Below, piece by piece: positions 37,546-51,314 of a DNA stretch of 64,000 nt. The stretch is from Priapulus caudatus (taxonomy: Eukaryota). Within the stretch, counting starts at the first letter, position 1; every line of letters starts with the position of its first letter. Both the position numbers and the translations under genes were made by a program. A model generated the notes under the pieces. That model searched no databases, was not told the origin of the DNA, and saw only the letters and a program-made list of their open reading frames with translations. The DNA is taken from the NCBI RefSeq assembly GCF_000485595.1, contig NW_014577067.1, forward strand, positions 1,080,840 to 1,144,839, given 5' to 3'.

Positions 37546-40500
37546 GGAAGTCGCACGGTTTACCGCTGGTGCTGTGCGGCCTTGAACGGGAGTCAGCATT
37601 TACTCGTCAACAACTAGTGCTCATCTCACGCGCGACCCCGGGCCCGTTTTATACCGTCTTTCTTCCGTATCTCGTTGGTCAGCTGGCGGCGGGGGAGTTG
37701 GCGGCGGTGGGAAGGGGTGGCGGGGGCGTGGGAGGGGAGGGAGGGTGCGTAAAGCCGTGAGTTTAGCCGCGCTGGGCGGAGACACAGTGCTGACGCGCGT
37801 GCGCGCTGCGGCGTTCCGTCGGCCCTGCGATTTTGGCGACGACAAGTGTCGGCGAGTTGCGTGTGTGTGTGTGTGTGGTGATGTGTGATGTGTGTGATGT
37901 GCGTGTGTGTGGTGTGTGGGTGTGTGTGTTTGTGTGGCTCGTGTGGTGTTTGTCGGGAGGAGCATGTGTGTGTGTGTGTGTGTGTGCAGGCGTTGTGGTG
38001 TGTGTGTGTGTAGTGTGTGCTGTGGTGCGTTAGCGTGTGTGTGTGGTGTGCTGTGTGTTGCGCCATAACGATGTGTGTGTGCGTTGTGTGTGCGTGTGAG
38101 TTGATGAAGTGTGTGTGTCCGTGCGTTGCGACGCCGGGGTTAGTGTGCTTGTGAGAGTGTGTGTGTGTGTGGGTTTGGTATGTGTGGTGATGCCGGCGAG
38201 TGTGTGTGTGCGGGCGTGGTGTGTGTGAGAGGTGTGTGCGTTTGCGTGTGCGCGTGCGTGCGTGGTGACGTACGTCGCGAGCGACGCCTGTGATGTGACA
38301 GAGAGGGGGGCAGAGAGATAAACAGAGAAAAGAGAAGAAGGCAGCGACAAAGAGGAGAGGAGAGGAAGAGAGCGACGAGAGAGAGAGAGAGAGCCGGAAG
38401 GAAATTGGGCACCGACATTAGAACACGTGCGATTTGATGGTCAGCACTTAGTAGACGAGTGTATTAATGTAAGCGTGGGAGCGATGGATGATCTCTTGTA
38501 AAGAGACGATAGGAATGACGTGCAGAAATGAAGCGCATGAGTCTACTTGCTGCGCCCCTGGTGCGTCTGCGTGCTTGGTGTTCGCCGAGTGGACTGTACT
38601 GCGTTTCGCGTGTCGGTGTGTTCTGCGCGCCGTAGGGGCGCTGATACTTCTGCGCTTGTCCGGTTTACGTGCTGTACGTGGCGTGTATGTGTGCGTTGCG
38701 GATGTGCGCGGCGCGTAGTAATTCTTGGCGCCTGTAGAGATATCCTGTTTCCGGTCGGTGTGCTGCGTGTATGTGTGCTCGGTACGTGGCGCGATACGAC
38801 ATTCCTGCGCTTGCTCTGGTTACGTCGTGTGCCGTGCGATGTATGTGTGGCGTACGTGCGCGCACGTGTCTGTGTACGTCGCGCGTGCGTGCTTGCGTGC
38901 GTGGGCCGGGGGCGTGATCTCTTCGGGATTGTTGTATCGTGTGTGTGTGCGTGCGGCGTGGTTTGCGTGAATGTGTGTGTTTCGTGAGCGCGTAGGTATA
39001 CTTCTGCGCTGTATGTTTACGGTGTGTTGCGTGCGTGCATGATGTTGCGTCAGTTTTGTGCATGCGCGCGTACGTACGATCGGCGCTTGGTCTTTGTTAC
39101 GTGCTTGCGTGCGTGCGTGCGTGCGCTAACTTCGGATTATTGGGCTGATATACCCGTGTGTGTGTTGCGGTGCGTGCGTGGCGAGGCGCGTCATAGATGA
39201 TGTCACATCTCGTCGCTTGTCTCTGTTTGTATCTCAAGTCTTGGTTGTGTTTGTCTCTCTCTCTGATCTCTCCTGTCCTCTTGGCTGTCTTCCGCCCCCC
39301 CCCCACACACACACTCTTTCATCTCTCTTCTCTCTCTTCTTCTCTCTCTCTCTCTCTCTCGTCTCGCATCTCTCTCTCTTCTCTCTCTCGCTCTTCTCGT
39401 ATCTATCATATTTATCTATCTATCTATATCTTCTTGTTTGTATGTTCTCCATGCGTGTGTGTGGTGTGTGTGTGTGTGTTGTGTGTGTGAAGTGGCGTGG
39501 CGCAGGGTTTGCTCAGCGCGGAGTTGTACAGGCTGTATGTTTGCTCGCAGTAATAAATAATAGACAACGGCGGGCCTGTTTAGAGGGCAACGTTTAGGTG
39601 GCATGAACATCATTGTCAACTTGTTGAAAAAAAATCACAATTACCTGTGATAACGTATTAAAATCGACCTAGTTGGCTCACGAACTCGAACATGCCTACT
39701 GTGTCAACAATTTGTTAACGGTATATATGACTGGTGATTTAAAAAAAATATTTAGGTTAATCTGCGTGAGTGATAGTGTTGGTTTCGTGTGTTAAAATCG
39801 TACCGGTAGTTTGAGCACAGGATTCACTCTTCTGCCGAGGTTGCGGCCATGGTTTAAAAGGTGTGTGTGTTTGTTGTGTGTTTGTGGTTGCTGTGTATTG
39901 TGGGCAGATAATGGCTAGGTAGGAAAGTATATATATATAGCAGCCAATCACTCAGTCCGGGACCTTTGAGCATGACTGGCTAATTTTTATAGATTTTGCT
40001 ATTTTATAAATCAAAGTTTTCTAAATCACGACTATCTGGGTCTTCAGGCAGTTCCAAGACTGCATTTACTCACGTTCTATTACTACACATGTACCCGATT
40101 CGCGTACATTGATCGGCTCCTGTGTTACTCCCACGCTTATTTGTGACCTCCATCTTGCTTCTTTAAAAAAAAAATCGGTGTACATTGCATGACGGCCTGC
40201 TGCTGCGCATCCATCATACATTACAGAATTGTCGCAGATTGTGTAACCTGTCACGCCAATCAACACACGCAGCTGTCGGCTGCCACACGTGCATACGTCA
40301 CCATTACGTCACCTCGAGGAAAGGTCGGTGACTCGAGTGCGCCCCCAGGAAAAAACAAAGGCTAAAAACTTCTCGTTTACGCTAAAGGTGGGCGGGTGAG
40401 TGGGGGGGGGGGTTGAAAGCCGCTGCGAGTCTTTGTGATATTTCCCCGAAATATAAGGAATATAAGAAATAGAAAAATCAATATCGGTCGAAATATGATG

Positions 40501-41735
40501 CCGTTAATCCCGCAGGCCCTAGCGCTATACCCTTGCTTCCTGCTGTACTACACCACACACAGGCACTTGGAGCGTATCAATAATAAATTGCTAGTAAATA
40601 AACACGAAACGTATTTATTACCAAAGTCTTAATGTTTATTGACTCTCTTTTCGCCTATTATTACTGCGAATTTCCTGGAAATGCCGTTTAAATACTCCTC
40701 CGCAACACACAGGTACACCGCACGCACGCCGCTGTGCACAAACAACAAGAATCTCTCACACGCACACACACACGCAAAATCTTCATCTGACGCATTTAGT
40801 GCACCAACTCTCTGCCAAGCTCAGCCTCATCATACACTGTATTCCACGTGCTAGTTCATGAAGAGAGCCGCCCTACCGTCGGGAAGAAGAACTGATGCCA
40901 CTACACACGCACAGTATTCCCTGTTCACATTTCCTCGCTTGTATACCCCGCGTAACCTCGCCACTAGAACAAGGCCGTGCATGCGCCAATGCGTTGTATA
41001 AGTAGTAGTATAGAGAAGCACACGACGCGTTCTTCTCTACATTCAGTGCATCATCAATTCGTACGCGAGACCGTGATTTCCGTTTCTAATTAACACCCCC
41101 ACCCCCACCCGCTCCTCTTACATCATGCATCAGTGCTCCGATCCACGGCCGCTCGAGTACGTTGTGCTGGCTGGTATCCAGTAGTAGGAAGTAGGTTTTA
41201 ACGCCAGCCATATAAAGCTTACACACACGCCCTACCACCCCACACCCACCCTCCGCTGATTCCGCAGCATCTTATCGCATCCGCATCTTTGAGATATCGC
41301 CCGTTACGTGATCAGGGTAGTAAAAAATGAGTTATCACACATTTTGAATTCGAGCGCAGCTCGCTAAGCCGGTAGGAAACGACGCCTGCCAATAAAAGTC
41401 GCAAACGTTCGTAAGACGTTGAGAAAAGGGGAGGCGCCATGCATGCCTCGTTATCCAGGCCAGCTATACGTCCTAAGCTGGGCTCGAGTTAAGAACGCAT
41501 ATCTGCGAAGCGGCATGTCTCTCTCTCTCTCTCTCTCTCTCTATTTCTTGACTTCGTACAAAACAGCTGTCAATGCGATGTGTGCGATGTGCGATGCTAT
41601 GGTTATCTAGCATGCTGCTGCTCGTGAAGATGACTAATCGCATTATAACACGGACTCAAGACGCGTCGACAATGTACACAGTCACTGTCGATGTTCCGCG
41701 TGCTTGCTGTAAACATATCAAGCTGCTGATATAAT

Positions 41736-41764
41736 CAAGAGCGTATAAAGTTTATACGCTCTTG
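41736..41764. mobile_element. 29-bp CAAGAG micro-palindrome
   Basis: CAAGAGCGTATAAA-G-TTTATACGCTCTTG, perfect 14-bp arms. TSD not preserved. Confidence 0.75.
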
Positions 41765-41839
41765 TCTATCTATATCTATCAGGAGTAGATAATAGGGAAT
41801 ATATATATGTATATATATGAATAATATATATGTATATAT

Positions 41840-42190
41840 TGGTCCTGTGTGCCAAATTTCATGACAATCGGGTAAAAACTGCAGAAGTTACAGGTTCTAG
41901 AATATTTCGACAAAAAATGTTGTTACCATGGCAGCGATGACTCCGCCCACACCAAAAACGATTGGCGTCTTCGCTTTACGATAACGCACCTCCATGCGAA
42001 ATTTGAAAATGATCCGAGAAGAACTGCAGCCGGTAGAGCGCTCACAAGGAAATATCTGCGGCGGCGGCAGCTCGACGAGGCCAAATCCATAGTATCAAGA
42101 GTTTATTATGACACACATATTACACATTATGATTGTTATTATCTACTCTTGATAGTACCCCCCCCCCCGAACTCGTTCGGGGGATACAAT
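41840..42190 (+). mobile_element. Non-autonomous Helitron/Helentron-like (HINE-like) 3' portion
   Basis: Two related AAATTTCATGACAATCGG / AAATTTGAAAATGATCCG core units, a short GGC run and a terminal hairpin CCCCCGAA-CTCG-TTCGGGGG followed by ATACAAT. This layout is typical of invertebrate rolling-circle non-autonomous elements. Confidence 0.55.
42096..42151. mobile_element. CAAGAG micro-element nested in the Helitron-like element
   Basis: CAAGAGT...ACTCTTG flanked by ATAGTAT/ATAGTAC. Confidence 0.7.
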
Positions 42191-43664
42191 TAGAGTAGAG
42201 AGCATAGAGGGAGTGACACTCCCGGAGTGCAGTCTGCCAGGATGTCCTTTATTTAGAGCATGTTTGTATCGTTACTGTCTGTGCTACTCGATAGAATATA
42301 ATGCCGGGTTTAACAGCAACATCAACCGGACGTGATACGCCCATGCTGACTATACAGCAAGGTAGCGTCAACCAGCAACCCATGAGTGGAAGGGCGTTAA
42401 AACTCTCTCTCTATACTGACTCATCACCATTACTTCGTTAGTGTCAGTGAAATTATTTAATTAAGGACCAGCAGGGTATCCTTATTAAATTGGTGCACGT
42501 CAACGAAACGCCAAATGGGATAAAGCCAATAACGCGTAGTGGGCAACAGTACGCGTTCAATTTCAGGTCAGAACGCCATATTATACTTCTAGTTTTGTTT
42601 ACATACAGAGGAGAAGCGATATGCTAGTACGCGGTGAGAAGTTGCAGTAAAAAGCGCTCACGGCGAGTCACCTGAGAGCTCCCGGGGGAAGTCGTTGCCT
42701 CGTGCTGCGAGGAAAGATTCATGAATTTCGCTAGAATTTTGTCACTAGAGCGTTCACCGTAGCGTTAGAATCGTATTGAGACTAACTAAATCTAAAAAAA
42801 AATTCTTTACGAAACAGCTAAATCGTGATGACAACTCGTAGAAAAGCTGTTACATTGCCTCAGATTTGTTGATACAGCAGCTTGAAGCAGACACGGCTGA
42901 TCTAGACAGCTAGCAACCCAGCAGGTGTGGTGTATAGCATGATTGGTACTACATGCAGCTGGTTCTACTATACTATACTACGTATCAGGGGGTAGATTCA
43001 TCAAGCTGCGTACGCAAAATATTTTGCGTAAATCTTGCGTACGCCAATCGACGTTGCTTAGTTGCGATTCATCAACCCCAGCTATTTAGTAAATTTTCGT
43101 CCGATTTTCGCGTACGCAACGAGGCCCGTTTTAGGTGTGGCGATTCATCAAGCTACAATTTACGTTAAACTCTTTGCGTAACTCTACTCGAGCGCTTGAC
43201 GAGGTGCCGTAAACCCATCTCGAAATTTCCGCAGGTTTTCGCAGCATAGCGCGCATGCATTTATTTATTGAGAAAACATCTATCAAATTAAGCTACTCCA
43301 ACTACAAATAAATTAAATAATTACGCATACTACACAGACAGGCGGCTGCCTTTGCCGCTTCCTTTTGTGCACAGCTTGGGCATTGTTTTCCGTATAAGCG
43401 ATCCGCCATCTACATGACTGCCTGATCTGTCTACTTGACTTGCGCCGATGGGGGGGAACGGGCTGCACGACCTCACTTCATGTTACATCAGAATATTTGC
43501 GAATACTTCACTTGCTGTTGCCCCACTGTTACCTAACGCTATTCGGTTTCTAGCGGGCTGTAGCCTACGCTATCGCATACAAATAACGTCAGTTGAAATC
43601 TCTAATTCAGCCTTACTAACAACATACACTACAATACAAGGCGCGCGCCCTCCGCTCTCTCTCG

Positions 43665-43696
<32 letters not shown>

Positions 43697-45139
43697 CTCT
43701 CTCTCCTCTCTCTCTCTCTCTCACACAGTCATCAGCAGTGCACATCCGATCATCAAGCCCTCCTCTCTATCTCTCTCAACTCCCTCTCCATGCCACCAGT
43801 AATACACAGCAATTTACAAAGCACTCTCTCCCGCTCGGACTGCACGCGATGTCTGTATACTATAGATTCTGCATTCGAACCAATATCAATAGGCTTCATA
43901 GGTGGAATACAAGGATTGAATTGGATCGATATAGAGTGGGAGGCGAGTAGCTGATGGCGACAGCTCGACAGAGGACCGCCGTGGAAGCCCTGTCGATTAC
44001 ACACTCCGATATATTCGTGTTATCAAACGTGAAATGGCTTCCGCTCGACTCATCAACTCTACTTGTGTGTATGAACGCTGCCCACGCTATACTGCATGGC
44101 GTTTATCGCTTTATAATGATACGCATCATATACACTAGAGCATTTCATCTTCGCTGGAAACCAGAAACGCGGCCACTGGCACGGGAACAACGTACAGGGA
44201 AAACAGGGATGCGGAACACGCAGCTTCCCGGATGAAACTGCATCCCGGGGTCATCGAGCTGGGACCGCGTATATTGTTAACGAAAGACAATTTATTAAAA
44301 TGCTTCTGATTAATTCAGTTTTTTAATTCAATTTAATTAGAGCATGAGGAAATATCAATCAGGTAAACATTTTCGGGTATGTTTCTCTCAGTGGCTTATT
44401 TCAGCTCCTTGAATGCAACGTGAGTTTTAACAGAATGTCTCTATAGCAATAATTCGCAACTACAACATACTGGTAGATCCAGTTGCATGCTTCCTAACAT
44501 ATGCGATACCAAAAACAACATTTAAACCCTATATATACCAAACATTTTTGCCTGTCAACATAATACCAGGAATACGTCTACGAAGCCGAAAAAACTCAAG
44601 CAAATAAATGGAGAGGCATATGCTAAAAACGCACCCACACACGGCGCCCCCGAAACGCGAACTACCCTCACTCTCTGCGTCGGCAAAGAGCACGACTCCC
44701 ATAGCTAGATTCTAGTTCGCGTGTGACGCTTCCAAATAAACTTATCGGTGACTGTCTCTTCATTTTCGTCACTTGCTGTTAGTAGAATATACAACGGCAT
44801 TAAAATGCACTTCAGTCTTTAATCTGTGCAGGCCTCTTCAGCCGGTTTTGCACTGGGCCTTGCATTCTCCACACATGCACGCATGCATTCATGCGTTGAT
44901 ACCACATTCAAGGAGTACCACTCCTAATTATCAAGTGGCTCTGACGACACTGGAATCGTTGTGAAACACGAGCTGTGATTCAGGCGTGAAGTTTCAAATG
45001 GTTCCTTTTTTGTGCGGTGAACGAGGCACACGTTGATTGGTTTGCCCGGAGTTGGTGCGTATGTAAGCAAATGCATCATTCTTACGAATAGTTGCACACT
45101 CACGCACGAACGCATACACACGCACGCATTCACACGCAC

Positions 45140-45370
45140 AAATCAGAATAGCATACAATAGAATAGCAGAATAGTATCAGAACATCGTAGATTAGACTAG
45201 CAGAATAGAACCAAAAAAACTATTATAGAATAGCAGAATCAAATCAGAACAGCATAGCAGATCTAGAATAGAATAAGAGCCGCATAGCATGGAATAGAGG
45301 AATAGAATCAGAACAAATAGCAGAGTAGAATCAGACCCGCATAGCACGGAATAGCGGAATAGAATCAGGG
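45140..45370. repeat. Degenerate (AGAAT/AGCAT)n pentanucleotide repeat
   Basis: Direct reading. Confidence 0.8.
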
Positions 45371-46094
45371 AGCGCTCTCTACCTTACTGTAAGATTCACG
45401 CACGTTGCAAAAAGACGTGAAAAAACCCCGCTCGCGGCAGTGCGTCGCATCTACTTTTAGCCACAGCAGCATCATCACCATCATCCTCATACAGCTTCAG
45501 GCTTCGCTGCTGCTAGATGTCTGGCTGCTGATGCGGCAGCGCGTTGGTAAGAAGAGAGAAAGCTCAAAATATCACGCAGGAATTTACGACAGCAGCCGTC
45601 ATCATCGATCGACTCAAGGCCAAATCAGCAGCGGCATTACACTGGCGGGCAACGTCTTCAATGACTGTTTGATCCGATCACGTGTTCACGGTGAAGGATG
45701 ATGAATCACGTACATGACGGTACGTGAACACATGAAGCACGAATGGAGGCTAACGCAACACGAAGACATGCGTAAATCCGTAAGGTCACGCAAGGGTAAT
45801 CCGAAAAGTGTCCTTTATAGACAGGTGTGACGTTCTATACAGACTGTTTCACTGTATCAACTGCCATTGAAGGAAAATGCTGAAAAATAGTGTCCTCTAT
45901 AGATAAAGTGTCTGTTCTATAGAGGTGTCCGCTAATACAGGTTTGACTGTACGTAGATGCACGTCGCTTATATTTTCGTAACAGATATGTACAGATATGT
46001 ACACTGTACAGATAATATGTATATATACATGACATGTCATATATGTGCATGATAGTGTCTCTCGTGTGACCCGACTCCTAATTGCAAATATGAT

Positions 46095-46285
46095 GGTCCC
46101 TGCTTTATCGAAACAGGTCGGGAACCATACCACGAAAATGTCCCGATTAAGCGGTGATCCCGCTTAGTTATATGGTCAACACATAACAAAATTATGTGTC
46201 AAAATTTATAAATTGCTTTAGTTACGTTACGCGTCGTTTAAGCGATGCGACCGTTTATCCGAGGCCCGATAAAGCGAGGCCGCTG
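46095..46285. mobile_element. Tc1/pogo-type MITE remnant (second family)
   Basis: Ends ...GATAAAGCGAGGCCGCTG|TA and shares motifs with 13969-14145 and 33062-33212. Confidence 0.55.
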
Positions 46286-46890
46286 TATCTATGCTTCGGA
46301 TCTCTGCGATATCAATGCTACGTGCATCCGCTTCATTAACCCCGCTCACCGAGCATCGATTTCGGAATTCATCCGGGCGGTTATCAATCGAAATGTAACC
46401 CGCCTACCGGAGACAATCATTGCATTTACGTAGTTGAGAACTGAATTTAGATGATTGTGTGTGAGTTGAGGTGGGGGGGGGGGACTAATCCTGCGGGTAA
46501 ACACAAGTTTGCACTATTGACCTAATCGCGCGCGCAGCGAGCAGGTCAATGGTCCGTCGCGCTGTCGCGAAGTCGTTTTTAAACGGAATCGCTTAAAAAA
46601 CAACCTAGATTTTCCGTTAAGGTTCTGTGTAAACAGAGTACACTACAAAGACACGTGCCGATACTCGTGGGTGGGACCATCACTGTATTATAGAGCTCCC
46701 CTGATGACACTGCGTGCGCTTCTGCACTCGTTACTCGCACACCCTGAGGCTGGATATGTACACACACACGCACGCATGCAGGCACGCACGCACTGATACA
46801 CACAGTCGCACGCACGCACTTACGCACTCGCTCATACATACACACACATACATACACATATACATATATACATATATACATATACATATA

Positions 46891-47652
46891 CATGGTTCAT
46901 ACAGGAGGACTGAAACATTTTCAAGGACTTTTCAAGGACTTTTCAAGGAAATTTTATCAGAAATCCAAGGACATTTTATCGGACATTTTATCGTTATTTA
47001 TACACAGAACAAAACATACCTGGATTAATTTAATAACCCCATTCTTAATCACTGTCACCTCTAAAACTTACCTGGATCACATCAATAAACCCTTCTAAAC
47101 ACTGTCACTTCTACAACATATCTTGATTTACTGACTTAAGGCCGCCGCACACCAGCCGATTTTTACAAACGATGAAGCGATGAAGCGATGAAGCGATGAA
47201 GCGATGAAGCGATGTAGGTGTGCGCGTTCATTTGTAGACGATTTTATTTTTATCGGGTGATCGTTCCAAATCAAACATGTTTGATTTTGAACCGATGAGC
47301 CGATGAGCCGATGAGCCGATTTTAAGGCCGCCGCACACCTACATCGCTTCATCGCTTCATCGCTTCATCGTTTGTAAAATCGGCTGGTGTGCGGCGGCCT
47401 TTACTGTAATTTGTAATTTGTATCATCATTTAACTTTCTATCGTGTCTATAGCTTTTTAAGCTCATTTAACGCAATTTTTATTGAGGTTTGCACATTATT
47501 GATGGTAAAAAATTACTTTTTATTACAGGCAAGGATTCTTTCTAAAAATTCAAGGGCATTTTCATAAAATTCAAGTATTTTTCAAGCACAAAATCAACAT
47601 TTACTAATTTCAAGTACTTTTCAAGGACTTTTCAAGGACTGTGCAAACCATG
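46891..47652. mobile_element. hAT-like non-autonomous element with subterminal TTTTCAAGGAC repeats
   Basis: Termini CATGGTTCATACAG / CTGTGCAAACCATG, with 11-bp subterminal repeats at both ends. It sits in a (TA/CA) microsatellite, so the TSD is unreadable. Confidence 0.7.
47139..47400. mobile_element. PIF/Harbinger-like MITE nested in the hAT-like element
   Basis: AGGCCGCCGCACACCAGCCGATTTT..ACAAACGATGAAGC and its near-perfect reverse complement. TTA flanks both sides; internal (CGATGAAG)n. Confidence 0.88.
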
Positions 47653-47963
47653 ATATATATATACATATCTACATATACACAGTCAACCAATGCTCTTATT
47701 TCACTGAAGGAAAACTCTATACAGAAAGCTCTACCGCAGAGAGGATTTCTGTTATTGCTGCAGCTTCGTGAGAATGGGTTACAAATCCCCATGAATGAAC
47801 AGGACGATATATATCATTTACTGGTGGTATAGACAGCTGTTGTGTTTTTCCAGACATGTCGATGGAAGCAAATCCCGCATTTGGAAGCAAAACGGGGACA
47901 GTATAAAATCCGTATTTGCAAAGATGACAGCGAAACATAAAACACCACTTTAGAACAGTTGTG

Positions 47964-48186
47964 CAGTCAAACCTATACACGATGGTTATAGTAGCTGCCT
48001 CGTACAAGTAGCCGGAAAGGGTCACACAGTTCCGGGAAAAGCCAAAAATGTCTTTTGTCGACAGCTATCCGTTCTATGGAGGTAAATATTAGCCATACAA
48101 CTGTCACGCGAGAGGAATGACAGAAGAGTGTACCTTGTAGACAGATGTCCGTTCTACAGAGGTGACCGCTAACACAGGTTTGACTG
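47964..48186. mobile_element. Tc1/pogo-type MITE
   Basis: CAGTCAAACCT...AGGTTTGACTG|TA termini. Confidence 0.7.
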
Positions 48187-50287
48187 TAGACACAAGTACC
48201 CGCTGCACATATACCAGTAATATATGTGTCACATTATTAAAGCGCGTAAATGCAGGCCCAAGTTGCCTCTATTATTTATAAGTGTGACGTGGTGAGTGTG
48301 TATGAATGAGGTGGGGGCGGCGGTGGGGAGGGAGCTCACCTCTCTTTGACCTTTCTAGCGTACCAGTGAGAGAGAAATATAAGCAGCAGCAGCGCGTTGC
48401 GCCATCAACTGTGACTACGTGGTGACAACGCGCAGGCCACTATCACCCACCCACCTACCCACCCACCAGTGCTACCTGTCAGTATGCGCACATTCCAACA
48501 TCATCGCAACTTTTCGCAAGGTCGTAAAAGCAGTCGTCTACGCCCGTGCGCACACACGACGCGCAGCCGACTTTCCTTAGAAAACAACCGCCTGTTCCAG
48601 GAACTAATTCGCGCGCGGGTGTCGCGGTCACGGCTATCTGAAATTCTGAACACACATCTATCTGTTTGCCTACTTACCGCTACTCGGGGCGTGTCCACCA
48701 CGGAAGATAGAGTTTGTGGTCAGCCACGAATCGCACGGCGAGACGCAGGACATGGAAAAAAACAAGAGGGGGAAATTAGTTTGATGCGCTTCGAAACTTG
48801 TAATACGTACGTGTGCGTAACGATGCGTTCATCGTCTTGAGAGAGTTCTGTTATAGCAGAGCCTGGCCTGTTGAAATGGTCCCTGTTATAGCACAGTCAT
48901 CTATGATCTCTGCCGCATATAAATAACGGTGTTGCAGAAAGACTACGCGCCGATGACAGTGACTTGCGTTATCTTACGACGAGAACCTAACTAAACACAC
49001 ATAAACTAAAAAATAACCAAACCATTAATACTAAATATTAAATACTTCAAACCCAGCTACTAAATATTATATATTTGAAAACTCTACTGTTTGACCGTAA
49101 TATAAGACATTGCGAGGAATAAATACTACGAATTTATGCTCCTGACAGGAATTCGCTACAGCACAACAAGCTCTTGTCAACAATGTCTTCAGATTGATGA
49201 AAGCGTACCATCACGTGAATACTCGAGATATGGGCAGAAATAATACTAATTTCTCTCGGAATAAGTGCATCGGGCTTCAATATAATGTCAAGCATAATTT
49301 TACTTAAAGAAAAATCCAAACATAAACGTGTTGTTAACGACTAGTTGCGACAACCGGTCTTTGTCTTTATCAAACTGTGTAAAGTAGCTTGCGCTGATTT
49401 GCGTAGATCACTGGTAACATCTGTCTCTTCCAATCACGGTGAATTGAACCCGTAATTTTTCAACATTCATCACATTAGGCTGCAACTATATGTACGAAAG
49501 GAGAGGCCTGCCCTGTTGGCACTGATGCAGATCTCGCTAGCTGATGTATGCTGGAAGAGCTCACTACTCGATGCACTTGATTACGCCTCTCTACCTAACC
49601 ACCTCGCCCATCTCGTGGGAGCTCTCTCACAGAGACACCGTTTTCTTCACAAATATGTGCCGACGACAATAATCTTTTGTCGCCATTCAAATCGGCTACC
49701 ACTCCTCTGCGACTTCCTGCGCTCCAACACGTACTGCGCAAATTCCTCCACGCAGCAACCTTGTGCTGTTAACATCTCAGGTGCAAGGGTATGGTGGCTG
49801 GTGACATAGCTGTGTCACTGCGGATACCTTGCGGGCACGCTGACTACATACATACGTACATAATCACGTAGATGAGTTGAGCTGAATAGTGTCAGGGGGT
49901 CGGGGTGGCCTCCCACCGTGGGGAGGCTTTACCCTCTCTCCCCACCCCCTCACTATATCATCACGCCGATGACAGACTAGCTGGTGAAGATGGCACGCAC
50001 GTACACGTATAATCACAGGTCCACGCGACATGACAGCGTAAGCAACGCACGTCCGCACGCGCGCACGCACGCACGCACGCAGAATTACGTTAACGGAACA
50101 TAAACCGCCTTCCACCAGGGGTTAATAATGACAAATCTACAACAATATCTACGACAAATCTACAAGAAATATTTGTTATTACCAACCCCTGCTACCACGT
50201 ACGCACGCCCACCCAAGTGCACACGTAAGAGCATATGAACACGAAGCGTGCCGGGTCCACTCATACTTATATGTATTATAATAATAC

Positions 50288-50332
50288 CAGGAGTAAATAA
50301 ACACACATTTATTTTGTGATTATTTACTCCAG
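50288..50332. mobile_element. CAGGAG micro-palindrome (7-bp TSD family)
   Basis: CAGGAGTAAATAA...TTATTTACTCCAG with perfect ATAATAC duplication (50281-50287 / 50333-50339). Confidence 0.85.
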
Positions 50333-51098
50333 ATAATACACGCACTCAAACAGATTCACCAACAAATTCAACGATTCACACACGCGCACGCGCGCGCACG
50401 AGTGTGTATGTATGTGCGTGTGTGTGTGCGTGCGTGCGTGCGTGCGTGTGTGTGTGTTTGTGCGTGCATGCGTGCTTGCGTGCGTGCGTGTGTGTGTGTG
50501 CGTGTGTGTGTGTGTGAGTACGGGTGCGTGTCATTGTGTTTAATTAGGCGTATGTGTAGTGTAAGTGTAGCATGCTGATCTCTCCCCACGTCCCATAGAA
50601 CAAGTTTTAAATTTGGAACAGCGCGAGCTTTAGTTATCCTTACCTGAATGCACCTGGCCACTCGCTCCCTCGCTCACTCACTCACCCACTCGCTCGATCA
50701 TTGCTCGTGACAATAATTATAGATACAACCAACTCCGAATGAGTTCACTGTTTTACAAATGCGTGCGCGCGGGCCTGCATGCGCGTGTGCGTGCGTGCGT
50801 GCGTGCGTGCGTGCGTACATGCGCGTGTGCGTGCGTGCGCTAGTAAATCCGTGCTTCTACGGCTTGTTAATTAAGATGTAAACGATAAGCCAACAGACGT
50901 CAAGCGCGCGTAAATGAGTACAAGGCCAGACTATTGCAAATAGAAGGCCCGAAAAATAAAACTGAAATCAACCTATAACACACAATACCTATATACAATA
51001 ACGCATACCCTACATATCCTACGTACAAGCGTATCGTATAGGCTAGCCACAGTTCTATTACATTACAGCGCAAACACTCAGAACTCTGCTCAACACAT

Positions 51099-51173
<75 letters not shown>

Positions 51174-51275
51174 CATATACACGATTCAATCTCTCCCTAA
51201 CAGAAATAAGTGTATGAAGCAAGGAGAAATCGCTAGAATATCTCGCAAGAAGAATATACACATGACACATAATAT

Positions 51276-51314
51276 CAAGAGCATATAAAGAAGGTTTCTT
51301 TATATATGCTCTTG
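51276..51314. mobile_element. CAAGAG micro-palindrome (7-bp TSD family)
   Basis: CAAGAGCATATAAAGAA...TTCTTTATATATGCTCTTG with perfect ATAATAT duplication (51269-51275 / 51315-51321). Confidence 0.88.

Larger units (their letters stand above)
33771..39860. repeat. Inverted plus direct duplication around a satellite (likely mis-assembly)
   Basis: 33771-34820 is reverse-complemented, with many indels, at about 38383-39860. 34822-35511 is directly repeated at about 37590-38392. A 25-N gap lies at 35512-35536. Confidence 0.85.

Noticed and set aside
49134..49319. Possible transposase fragment (…ACCAVANSCQEH in one minus frame)
   Set aside because: Resemblance to the Harbinger C-terminal motif is too short and weak, and neighbouring frames are closed.
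50636..50700. Minus-strand CAG|GTAAGG donor-like site
   Set aside because: No convincing upstream coding frame or acceptor; it may be a UTR exon but cannot be supported.
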